From Spirochaetota bacterium (GTDB lineage: Bacteria > Spirochaetota > UBA4802 > JAFGDQ01): a DNA stretch of 64,000 bases. Both the position numbers and the translations under genes were made by a program. The stretch spans positions 229,935 through 293,934 of the forward strand of contig JAZDKB010000018.1 in the NCBI GenBank assembly GCA_043803405.1. Direction: 5' to 3'. The notes beneath the pieces were generated by a model, which did not search any database, was not told the origin of the DNA, and was given only the letters and a program-made list of their open reading frames with translations. Positions 52,671 to 62,935 of this stretch are shown here, in pieces; within the stretch, counting starts at the first letter, position 1; each line of letters opens with the position of its first letter.

Positions 52671-53111
52671 TCAGCTACCGCCGCAAAGTCCCTGCCAACG
52701 CGACTTCCATCGCTTATAAAAATATTCCTCCACAGCCTTAGCCCGGTAGGGCTTCCCCAGAAAAGTGTTACGGCATCCCATATATGCGCCGCACTCAAAC
52801 GGCTTTGCTTCATGAACCGTACAACGATCTTTATCGTCTAAAAATATACAACGTCCTTTTTCTTCTGCATAATAATCCGGCGCGATTGTACCCGGCGGAG
52901 CTATGAACCGCTGCCCCTTTTTCTTTGCAGGTGCCAGCGCATTGGTTGTATGTCCGTTGCTTATTACAGATACTCTGACTAAGTAATTATTCTCAAGATC
53001 GCTCCCCGATATTCCAAGGAGACGTGACAACTTTGATATATCTTCCGGAACAAGCCGTCCGGGATCATTATGACATGCGCTTATGCATTCATTGCAGCTG
53101 CAATTTTCCAT
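52671..53111 (-). CDS. YkgJ-like Cys-cluster protein
   Basis: CSCNECISAC, CIFLDDKDRCTVHEAKPFEC. Confidence 0.8.
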   Translation of the reverse strand: MENCSCNECISACHNDPGRLVPEDISKLSRLLGISGSDLENNYLVRVSVISNGHTTNALAPAKKKGQRFIAPPGTIAPDYYAEEKGRCIFLDDKDRCTVHEAKPFECGAYMGCRNTFLGKPYRAKAVEEYFYKRWKSRWQGLCGGS

Positions 53112-53269
53112 CTCTTGATTCTTTATGTATTTTTAAATTTTGTCAATATGAAAAACAACATCATCATTTCATTGACGATTTAATATGTATGATAAAATCG
53201 GGTTGACTTTTCGAATATCCTGCTGATAATTATTACTTCAATCTGCCGTATTTAATCCATTTACTGAAC

Positions 53270-56200
53270 ATGTACTTGGGTAATTCGGGTAAACCCTGCT
53301 GTATAGATGGGCTGCGTATGAACTATAAACATTTGGCTTTCCTGCCGATCCCTGGACTTCTTATTCTCATTTTCATTCTCAAATTTATCTTCGGCTCAAC
53401 AGTGTCTTATGATCCCCCGTGGCTGATTCTTACACTGAATGCAGTATTCGTTACAGCAGTATGTTTAACAGTATCCGTTATATCCATGCGTAACTATATG
53501 TCAACAGGGAGATTGCAGGTTTTGCTTCTGGGCTGCGGAGTCCTCGTTTTAGCTATAGGGGGAACCGCATCCGCGTACGCAATAGGGCTTTCCAATGGCG
53601 TAAACCTTGCAGTTACAATTCATAATACCGGGACATTTGCGGCTGCTTTATTTCATTTTGTCTCGGCTATTGTTCTTATTTCCGCATTTTCCGGTTTCAG
53701 GCCAAAGCAAAAGAGGCTGTGGCTTTTCTCAGGGTATTCCGGAGTAATCATTTTTATGGTTCTCCTTACACTGGCAGGACTTAAAGGCCTTACTCCACCG
53801 TTTTTTATCCAGGGTGAAGGCCCTACAATGCTGCGCCAGTTTGTGCTTGGCTCCGCAGCGGTTCTGTTCGCATTTTCCTTTCTTATTTTTATAATGACAT
53901 ACCAGAAGAACAGAGAGGTTTTCCTATACTGGTATTCGCTTGCTCTGGGTCTTAATTCAATCTGCTTTATTGCCGTCTTTATTCAGAATTCTGTCGGCAG
54001 CCCAGTCGGATGGGTCGGCAGGATTTCACAGTATACAGGAGGTATTTATTTTCTAATCGCCATAATATCCGCTGTCCGCAGCGCCGGGGCGAGAAAGACC
54101 TCATTTGATAATGTTGTTACATCGTCGCTAAGACTGGCTGAAGAAGCATTGCGCGAAAGCGAAGAGAAGTACCGCCTCATCTTCGAGACTTCAAATGAAG
54201 GTATTTGGGTCACGGACGGCGACCGAAGAACCATTCTTGTCAATAAGAGAATGGCAGACATGCTGGGCTATACATCTGATGAGCTGCATGGCCGGATTCC
54301 GGCTGAATTTCTGCAACCTGGACAGGAACCCCAGGTGCTGAAAGCCAGACATAATCTCACCGGCGGCGCAACGACTCACTATGAATTCAGGTTTCGGCGT
54401 AAGGACGGCTCGGACCTGTGGGTCATCTCCAGCGCTGCGCCGGTAATGGACAGTGAAGGCAGCCTGCTCAGGACGGTCTCCATGCTTACAGACATCACAG
54501 AGCGTAAGCAGGCCGAGGAACAGGCAGCAAAGACCTATAGCAGACTGAAGACGTTCTTTGATGTCCGGATCGGCGGGATAGGGATTGTTATCGCTCGCGC
54601 CGATGGGTCTGTCCTTCAGGCCAACGACTATTACCTGGATATACTCGGCTATACGCGTCAGGAATTCGGGGCCGGAAAAGTAAAATGGATAGAGAGTACG
54701 CCTCAGGAATGGCTCCCGGCAGATGAGCGGGCGCTGGCACAGCTCAGGGATCGTGGCGCCTGCGATCCCTATGAGAAAGAATACATCCGCCGTGACGGCA
54801 CAAGGGTTCCGGTACTGATCACTGATGTGATGATGCCGGGCCCGGAGAACGATATCCTGGCTATTGTAGTCAATATGACGGAACGAAAACGGGCCGAGGA
54901 GGCGCTGCGTGAGAGTGAAGCGAAGATTCGGGCGGTGTTCCAGTCTCTCGCCGAAGGCGTTGTCTTCCTGGATACGGATGGCAAAGTCCAGGAAGCGAAC
55001 GACGCCGCTCAGATCGCCCATTCCATCGAGGAGTTGCAGTCTCCCGAGGTTGATCCTCGCTTCAGGATCATCCGACCGGATGGAACACTGTTTCCCGTTG
55101 AAGAACAGCCTGCTATCGTCGCTATCAACACAGGCCAGGCAGTGCGCAATGTGGAAATGGGCCTCCCAATGTCCGACGGCACCACGATCTGGAGACTGGT
55201 CAACGCCCAGCCGGTCTATGATGACACCGGCGTCCTTCTTGGTGCGGTAGCTTCCTTCTTTGATATCACCGAGCGCAAGCAGGCGGAGGAGACCTTCGCC
55301 AAGACGTTCCAGTCCGCCGCCGCTTCAATAGCACTGACTCAAATCGAGGACGGTCGCATCCTCGACGTCAACAACCGTTGGCTCGAACTGATGGGCTACC
55401 GGCGCGAGGAGATCATCGGCAAGACCACCGCCGAGTATGGCGGCTGGACAGATCCACGCGACCGGGCGGCCATGGTGCGCGAGTTGAAGGCGCACGGCCT
55501 CGTGCGTGACATGGAGTGCGTCATCCGTACCAAGAGCGGCCGGGAAATGACTGTGCTATTTTCTGCGCAGGCAATAGCCATCCTCGGCAAAGAAGTACTG
55601 GTATCATCCGCGATTGACATCACAGAGCGCAAACAGGCCGAAGAGGCGCTGCGCGAGAGCGAGGAGCGCCTTTCGTTGGCCCAAGCTGCGGCAGGATCAG
55701 GCGTCTGGGATTGGAACATACAAGCGGACACTCTCCAGTGGTCCGATGAGTTCTTTCGGCTCTTCGGCTTGGATTGCCGGCAAGATACGTCCAGTTTTGA
55801 CATATGGAGAAGTATGTTGCATCCCGATGACCGTTGCATAGCGGAGCAGAATATTACGGATGCGATTGAGCAACGAGTCGCTCTTGACAATGAATATCGC
55901 ATTGTACTTCGCTCGGGCGAAGTGCGATGGATCAATGCCCTCGGCAATACAATTTATGATGAGGCAGGCAAGCCGCTTCGAATGTCCGGCATCTGTATTA
56001 ACATCACCGCGCGTAAAAAAGCCGAGGAGGAATTACATATCCTTAACAAAACGCTGGAGGATCGCGTAGCCGAACGGACGGCCGAGGCCGAGCGGCGCGC
56101 TTTGCAGCTGCGCCAGCTTGCCGCGGAGCTGACATTGGCTGAACAACGGGAGAGGCAGCGTATATCCCTGGTACTTCATGACGGTCTTCAGCAAATACTT

Positions 56201-57217
56201 GTGGCAGCAAAATTCAAAATGGCTCTCTTTGGAAAAATCAGCGATATAGCAGGATTGACGAGGGACCTGGCCGAACTGATAGACGATGGAATCGAAACTT
56301 CCAGGTCGCTTACTGCCGAACTCAGCCCGCCGATACTGCAGCAGGGCGGACTGGTACCCGCACTGGAATGGTTAAGCAGATGGATGCAGGACAAGCACGG
56401 CCTTGCGGTAAGGCTGGTTTCGCAAAGCGAAATCCAGCATGCTCCTGAAGAAGTGCTGATCCTGCTGTTTCAATCAATCCGGGAACTGCTGTTTAATGCT
56501 GCCAAACATGCGGGTGTAAGAACCGCACGGGTGGAAGTCAGCCAGGAAAACGGCCGGATCATAGTTGATGTTGTAGACGAAGGAGCCGGATTCGATCCGG
56601 GCCAGCTTAATGGTAAAGGCGGCAAATCCGGCGGTTTGGGACTGTTCAGTATCCAGGAACGCCTCAGTTATCTGGGCGGATCAATGGAAATAGACAGCGC
56701 CCCGGGGCACGGCAGCAGGTTCAGGCTTATTACTCCTCCAATATCCATGAAACCGGCCGTATCGCCGGCCGGCAGACAACCGATCGTATCCGTTGCTATG
56801 GTCTCTAAACAGGATGCGACAGCCGGTCCCGAGAAGCGGGTTCGCATAATTTTAGTGGATGACCATATGGTCATGCGGCAGGGTCTGGCCAGCCTGCTCC
56901 GGACGGAACCTGACCTGGAAATCATAGGTGAAGCCTCGGATGGCCAGTCGGCAATTGAACTTATCCGTGAACTACGGCCGGATGTTGTGCTTATGGATAT
57001 CAACATGCCCGGAATAGACGGTATCCAGGCCACACGGATCATTCACAAAGAACTCCCGGAAGTGAGCATTATCGGGTTATCCATGTTCTAGGAAGAAGAA
57101 CGGCAGGCAGCTATGCTGGAAGCCGGCGCCGTGTGCTACCTTACGAAAAGCGGCCCGGCAGACGAACTCATCGATGCGATCCGGAAGTGCATGGTACCCC
57201 GTGGGCCGCTAAATTAA
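53270..57217 (+). CDS. Multi-TM, five-PAS hybrid histidine kinase (HisKA_3-HATPase-REC) with in-frame TAG at 57089-57091 inside REC
   Basis: LHDGLQQ, RELLFNAAKH, DEGAGFD, VDDH..MDINMP; frame continues past TAG as EEERQAAMLEAGAVCYLTKSG...* to 57217; start may be 53318. Confidence 0.85.
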
Positions 57218-57315
57218 ACTGGCTAATTGCCGCTCCAAACAGATGCAATGGATGTAAATCGGAAAGACACACAGAGACAAACAGACCAAACATTAATGCC
57301 GGATCGCCGCGCATT

Positions 57316-57777
57316 CTAGTCTTTTTCTATGATCCTGCATGTATAAGAACCGGTGAAGTATTTACCGGAGTTAATCAGCAGTACAATCCAGAATTTCTTC
57401 CCATCTTTGTCTACTGCATAGACAGGCCATTCCTGTCCGTATGTAATGCCGAAGAGAGTCCCATTTAGTTTTTTAACGGCATCCCCGACATGGCTCCTCA
57501 CCTGGGCTTCACTGGGTTTTATTTTAAGATCAGGCTGCGGCCTGTATAAGAATACAATGGATTTTCCCTCAAAACGGACTGACTCTGTGATATTTCCTCT
57601 TATAATGTCCAGGTCGGCCCCGGCAGGAACCTTATTGCACCCGGCAATATAATATCCCGTCATTCTGGGAATCAGCGGATGGTCCTTGCACCCCTCAGCA
57701 TCTTTCTCCGCAGCATAGAAGCTGGCAGGCAGCAGGCAGAACAGCATAGTCATAACAATTACGAAATTTTTTCTCAT
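57316..57777 (-). CDS. Secreted protein resembling the N-terminal domain of OmpA-family proteins (no OmpA domain)
   Basis: Signal peptide; KDAEGCKDHPLIPRM motif. Confidence 0.6.
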   Translation of the reverse strand: MRKNFVIVMTMLFCLLPASFYAAEKDAEGCKDHPLIPRMTGYYIAGCNKVPAGADLDIIRGNITESVRFEGKSIVFLYRPQPDLKIKPSEAQVRSHVGDAVKKLNGTLFGITYGQEWPVYAVDKDGKKFWIVLLINSGKYFTGSYTCRIIEKD

Positions 57778-57915
57778 AGATTTCTCCTTAATAATTTTAT
57801 TATAATTTTATATTAATTCTTGCGGGGCGTTTATATTTTTAACATTTAGCATGGTTTACCTCAGTATTACTTTTATAGCATTAAGACAATACATGTTTTT
57901 ATAAATTCGGTCTGC

Positions 57916-58677
57916 TTATTTCCTGTATTTGCCTGATAGTTTGTCTTGAAGTAAATCTATCGCTTTTAACATGATAAATGTTTCGTCATTTGATTTAAAG
58001 TCGTATTTTATTTTACCGATTTTTAACAACTCTACTATTTTTTCGGATAAATATGAAACTGTATTGGAAATATAAAAAGGGAAATACCAGAAATATCCCA
58101 GAGCTAATATCAATAAGAAAGCCCCTATTAACGCCATATTTCTTGTTATGTTAGAAGCATAATCTTTCGTTATCTGATTTTTCCGTTCTACTGCCTGCAT
58201 ATTAAGATCGTTTATATTGATAATGGTTTGCCTTATTTTTTCGTAAGTAGAGATATAATCAGTAAAGTAAATTGAATAATTGTTCCCGCCATGCTTCATC
58301 CGGTTTGAAAGGTTTATAAAAATTTCATAATTTTTATTAAGCATATCAACATATTCTTTTTCATGGATTTCAGTAATGTTATTATTTTCCGATTTTTTAT
58401 TTTTTTCAAATTCAATTTTAGCTGTTTCAAACAGTTTAAAATAATGTTCCTTGTTTTTTTTATCAGGATTAAATACGGCAGAAGTGATGGCTGTTTTCAT
58501 ATCATCAATTGAAAGAAGCATATTCTTTGAATAGACAAGGGAAACGTAATTATCCTTAAGAATATTATCCGAATCCCGGGATAAATTCTGAACATAATAT
58601 GAACATAAAATTATTAGTGAAAAAATAATCAGAAACAGGAATCCTAAACCCAGTGAAAGTTTTGTTTTAAGTCTCAT
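57916..58677 (-). CDS. Membrane sensor with four-helix-bundle periplasmic domain, no kinase core
   Basis: LKTKLSLGLGFLF, NILKDNYVSL..ENNNITE..LNMQA; only a short tail after the second TM. Confidence 0.65.
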   Translation of the reverse strand: MRLKTKLSLGLGFLFLIIFSLIILCSYYVQNLSRDSDNILKDNYVSLVYSKNMLLSIDDMKTAITSAVFNPDKKNKEHYFKLFETAKIEFEKNKKSENNNITEIHEKEYVDMLNKNYEIFINLSNRMKHGGNNYSIYFTDYISTYEKIRQTIININDLNMQAVERKNQITKDYASNITRNMALIGAFLLILALGYFWYFPFYISNTVSYLSEKIVELLKIGKIKYDFKSNDETFIMLKAIDLLQDKLSGKYRK

Positions 58678-59043
58678 AGCTCTCCTCATATAAAAAATTA
58701 ATTTTAAAGCAATAAAAAATTTATCCGGCGTCAGTAGTTTTACATCAATCTATAAAGATCACTGTTGATTCATTTACAATGTCCACATCAAGAACTTTCC
58801 ATGGCAGGGCAAAGTATTTTGCGTTATTGCAAATTATCGCGCATATTCCGCTTGTAACTTCCCTTACAAGCGGGCTTATGCCGCATCCGCAAAAAATGGC
58901 CTCGGCGCACGTAAGCCACTTTATCATAAGTTACTTAGCTTTGTTGCCTATGACGATGCGCGGTTTTGCTTTATTTGCCAGCAAAATTTTAAAAAATAAT
59001 AATTTTTTTTGTACTTTATTATCAAAAGTATTATTTTTTTAAA

Positions 59044-59241
59044 ATGAAATCAAAAGTATATATTGATACATCCGTGATAGGCGGCTGTTTTGATGATGAA
59101 TTTTTTGAGGTCTCGAATAAACTCTTTGATGAATTCAAAACAGGTAAAAAAATCGCTGTTATTTCTGATATAACATTGCTTGAATTAAAAGATGCTCCGG
59201 AAAATGTTAAACCAAACCGGATGAAATTCCGGAGGAATTAA
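59044..59241 (+). pseudogene. Truncated PIN-domain toxin
   Basis: VYIDTSVIGGCFDDEF..SDITLLEL; ends after about 60 aa. Confidence 0.75.
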
Positions 59242-59258
59242 AAACATTTTCTCTTTTA

Positions 59259-59426
59259 ATGAAGAATAAAAAATTTGATTCCGTTAAAATGATGAGAGAT
59301 ATCCGGGATAAAATATCCGAAAAAACTAATAATTTATCCGATAAAGACTTTATTGAATTATTAAAACGCGAATTCCCTGATATTCAAAAAAAATTAGACT
59401 ACACGCTTAAAAGAAAAATCTCCTGA
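59259..59426 (+). CDS. Small putative antitoxin/partner (55 aa)
   Basis: MKNKKFDSVKMMRDIRDKISEKT...; directly follows the PIN remnant; absent from ORF track. Confidence 0.55.
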   Translation: MKNKKFDSVKMMRDIRDKISEKTNNLSDKDFIELLKREFPDIQKKLDYTLKRKIS

Positions 59427-59559
59427 TCGAATAAATATTTTTATTGTATTTAAACGAATAGTGTTATTTTTAATATATCAACCTTAATTAAGGCAGTAAA
59501 CTATATGGTAATAAAAAAAGTTTATTAATCTTTACTAAAAGTGATAGAGGAGAATTTTT

Positions 59560-59793
59560 ATGCCGATGAATATATCAATACCCGATAATGTAGTAAATAA
59601 ATTTAAACAGATCGCACCTGAAAACGTCGATATTGAATCTTTTGTTATTGAGACTGTTTCAAATTATGTGGATGAGCTTAAAGATCGTAAGGAAGACCCG
59701 TTTTTTAAGTTCATTACCGACAGAAAAAATCATACGAAAAATAAAGACGGGCTTACGGACATCTCAGTAAATCATGATAAATATCTTTATTGA
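59560..59793 (+). CDS. Putative VapB-like antitoxin
   Basis: 77 aa, GAGGAG SD, C-terminal DISVNHDKYLY, overlaps PIN gene. Confidence 0.7.
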   Translation: MPMNISIPDNVVNKFKQIAPENVDIESFVIETVSNYVDELKDRKEDPFFKFITDRKNHTKNKDGLTDISVNHDKYLY

Positions 59794-60328
59794 TACTTCC
59801 GCTTTTTACGCATCATTCGATCCGAAAGACGCTAATTACCATATTGCTCTGGATTTTTTCCAGGAGATCAGAGAGAACACTCTTTATCGTTTATATGCAG
59901 CTAACCTCGTTTTTTATGAGACGATCACTCTGGTGCGTGCCAGGATCGGTATTACTGAATCAATAGCTTTTGGGCAAAACCTTTTCCAGAGTAAAGGCAT
60001 CCGGAATATTTTTGTAGATCGCGAGCTTGAAGCTAAAGCATTAAACATCTTTAATTCTCATAAAGATAAGGATTACAGCTTCGTCGACTGCGCTTCCTTC
60101 TCTGTTATGAAAGAACTCGACATCACAAAAGCTTTTTCTTTCGACAGCCACTTCAAGCAGTTCGGCTTTGAGATGTTGCAACAACTCCTGCTCCCGTTCG
60201 CTTCTGCAGCTAATAACTCCCGCCCGTTTGCTCCCGAACGCTGTTACTGTTTACTTCGATTTCGTAACAATTGCTGGGCGGGAAAACAACATTGTTGCTG
60301 CTTCGTGCTGTCGTCTGTCTGTGCCTAA
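59774..60328 (+). CDS. vapC: VapC-type PIN toxin with aberrant C-terminal extension
   Basis: IFIDTSAF, ETITL, YSFVDCASF, AFSFDSHF. Confidence 0.8.
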   Translation: MINIFIDTSAFYASFDPKDANYHIALDFFQEIRENTLYRLYAANLVFYETITLVRARIGITESIAFGQNLFQSKGIRNIFVDRELEAKALNIFNSHKDKDYSFVDCASFSVMKELDITKAFSFDSHFKQFGFEMLQQLLLPFASAANNSRPFAPERCYCLLRFRNNCWAGKQHCCCFVLSSVCA

Positions 60329-60408
60329 TTGACAATTTTTTTTGTTCCTGACTGGCAGATATTTCGGCACATGCTACTTACCTTGGATCTCACGTAGAAG
60401 AAGTCAGT

Positions 60409-60738
60409 TTATTTTATATTCCAGAGATTGCGAAGAACATCTTTTACTAATTTTAAATCATTATCGAGGATTTTCCCGATTTTTTTATCTATTAGTTGCT
60501 TCTCGAGTACAGCAACCTTGTGCAGCCGGACATAAGAAACAGTTAACAAGCCTGCTTTCTCCCATTCCTTTATTTCAACATCAAAAGAAGAATTCACATA
60601 TTGACTTGTAATTCTGGCAGCAATTATATCATCATCTCCTGTATCTATTAATATTAAAGCAGGACGTTTTTTTACGTTAACATTATCCGAATACGGAAAT
60701 CGCTATAAAACAATTTCACCTAATGAGTAGCTATGCAT
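60409..60738 (-). pseudogene. PemK/MazF-family toxin with in-frame TAG at 60703-60705
   Basis: MHSYSLGEIVL*RFPYSDNVNVKKRPALILIDTGDDDIIAARITSQ...WEKAGLL..SYVRLHK; 109 codons. Confidence 0.85.
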
Positions 60739-60740
60739 AT

Positions 60741-60953
60741 TTACAGCCTGTCATAAATATCATCTGATTTTGCATAACCGTCAAAAAATTGCTTTGTCGA
60801 TAATTCCTGCCAATCGGTATCTTCATCCGATTTTTCGGGAACTAAGAAAATAGCCTTTATTGTCTTTTCATGAGGCAGAATATTTTTAAAAGATGAAGTT
60901 ATTTCTATTTTCCCGTCTTTTGTAATCTTAACTGGTATTTCGTATGCTTTCAT
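60741..60953 (-). CDS. Putative antitoxin of the PemK-like toxin
   Basis: 70 aa directly upstream of toxin; acidic C-terminus DWQELSTKQFFDGYAKSDDIYD. Confidence 0.7.
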   Translation of the reverse strand: MKAYEIPVKITKDGKIEITSSFKNILPHEKTIKAIFLVPEKSDEDTDWQELSTKQFFDGYAKSDDIYDRL

Positions 60954-61424
60954 TGTTTTTCTCTTAATAATAATTTTCTATTACTACAATATTAGTATAA
61001 ATTTAAATTTTTTTCAACTGTTATTCTATCTTACAACATATACTTTTTCTAATGACCTGCTTTTCTTCTTGCCTGTTACACGCTGATTCTTTATCAGGCC
61101 GCTGTTGCGCATTTACCTCATCCCCCTAACCCGTGCGCAGCCTCCCTGTGGGACTTCTCCCAAAAGGAGAAGGGGGGACTGGCTTATGCTGTTTTATTTA
61201 TGATTTCTTTAACAACAAATCTTTGTAAGGAATAAAAGCTTCTCCCCCTCTCCTTCGTAAATTTTCCACTAATCATCTTTTGCCCGCAAAACAAACTCCT
61301 CAGCATGCCTGTTTTTACGGCACTGCTGGGAGACAGTATGGAAGTGCCGATTCCTCCAAAAAAACGTGGGTTGGTTACCACATAATGATATATACTATCA
61401 TTAAAAATTAAGGAGGAATCGGCA

Positions 61425-62561
61425 ATGAAAAAAGTAAACTATATTGGACTGGATGTCCACAAAAAAAATATAGTAATGGGAGAATCGCGGGAAATTGGGA
61501 AATCATCGATAACTGGAGAATATCCAAACACGGACAGCGGGATAAAAAAGCTTCTTAAAAATCTGAATAAGCTGTCGGAAGAATTTGAAATAAAAATATG
61601 TTATGAAGCAGGGCCATGTGGATATGCAATAATGAGAATATTAGAAAAAAATAATTTTCATTGTGATGTTATTGCACCGTCATTAATTCCGGTTAGAGTC
61701 GGGATTAAAGTAAAGACGGACAAAAAAGATGCTATGAAATTGGCGAGGCTTTACAGAGCAGGCGAACTGAGTTTTATAACAGTACCTGATGAGAACAAAG
61801 AACCGGTACGCGATTTAGTCAGATGCAGAGATGACATAATGACTGATTTAAAGAGAGCAAAGCAGAGATTGAATCATTTTTTAATACGGCATGGATTTAA
61901 TTAGACAGGTTCAAACTGGACGGAAACTCATCACAAATGGATACAGGGGATAAAATTTGATAACGTGAATCTGAATTATACCCTGTCACATTATTCAAAT
62001 GAGATAGAATTTTTAACAATGCAAATTGGAGATATAGATAAAAAGATAGGAGAAATAGCATTAACGGAAGAGTACAAGGAAAAGGTTAATGCGCTTTGTG
62101 CATTCCGAGGCATCGGAACCCTTACGGCAATGATAATAATATCGGAGGTAGTGGATTTTAGCAGATTTACAAGTCCGAGAGAACTCATGGCCTATTTAGG
62201 AATGGTACCGCGTGAATATTCCAGCGGACAGACAGTGAGAAAAGGATCTATTACAAAATGCGGCAATAAAAGGGTAAGACGGGCTTTAGTTGAGGCTGCT
62301 CATCATTACAGACATAAACCGATTATTAGTGCAAAGATGAAAAAGGATTTAGAAAATACATCAGCAGAACTTCGTATAGCGCCAATAAAAGCATTAAAAA
62401 GATTAAATAAACGGTATTATCATTTAATTTTCAATGGAAAGAAAACGCAAACAACAGTAGTTGCAATAGGTAGAGAGCTGATTGGGTTTATCTGGTATAA
62501 TATGGTTTTAACAGAAAGAGGTTTTAAAAATATTGATAAAGTAGTTATAGCCGAATTTTAA
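61425..62561 (+). pseudogene. IS110 recombinase/transposase with in-frame TAG at 61902-61904
   Basis: GLDVHK, YEAGP, KTDKKDA (DEDD); GIGTLTA, YSSG; both track ORFs are in one frame. Confidence 0.9.
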
Positions 62562-62649
62562 TATTATGAATGTTTTTTAAATTCAATTTGATATCAATGA
62601 GGTAAAGACCTTTTGATATAGTGAGGAGAAAATCAAGTAAAGAGAAATA

Positions 62650-62795
62650 AGTACGGATGGGAAATTCTAGTGCCCTCTCGGTGGCATGAGCTCTAAAAAC
62701 TCTAACCCACGTCAATGGAGAGATAGACAGTCCCGGACGAATCATTGTCATGTGGTATCCAACCCACGTATATCAGATTGATTCATCGTCGAAGT
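62650..62795 (+). ncRNA. Candidate bridge/seekRNA of the IS110 element
   Basis: Two stem-enclosed internal loops; one carries ATATCAGA (matches element end) and TGTC. Confidence 0.6.
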
Positions 62796-62935
62796 AACTT
62801 GTTTCTTTTTGCTTGACAGGCACTTCCATATCAGAGGGTTTACTATGTTAGTAGTGAGTTGACAAAATAAGGATAAAGGCCACCTTCTTTAAGAGTTTTA
62901 AGTTGCGAAGTTAAAAAACAAAGGAGGCAGCCTTT

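Larger units (their letters stand above)
61330..62836 (+). mobile_element. IS110-family (IS1111-type) element
   Basis: Sub-terminal IRs TATGGAAGTGCC (61337-61348) and GGCACTTCCATA (62819-62830); GAG at both boundaries; long 3' non-coding region. Confidence 0.85.

Noticed and set aside
58745..59042. Short ORFs on both strands
   Set aside because: No family recognised with confidence; possibly a gene remnant.
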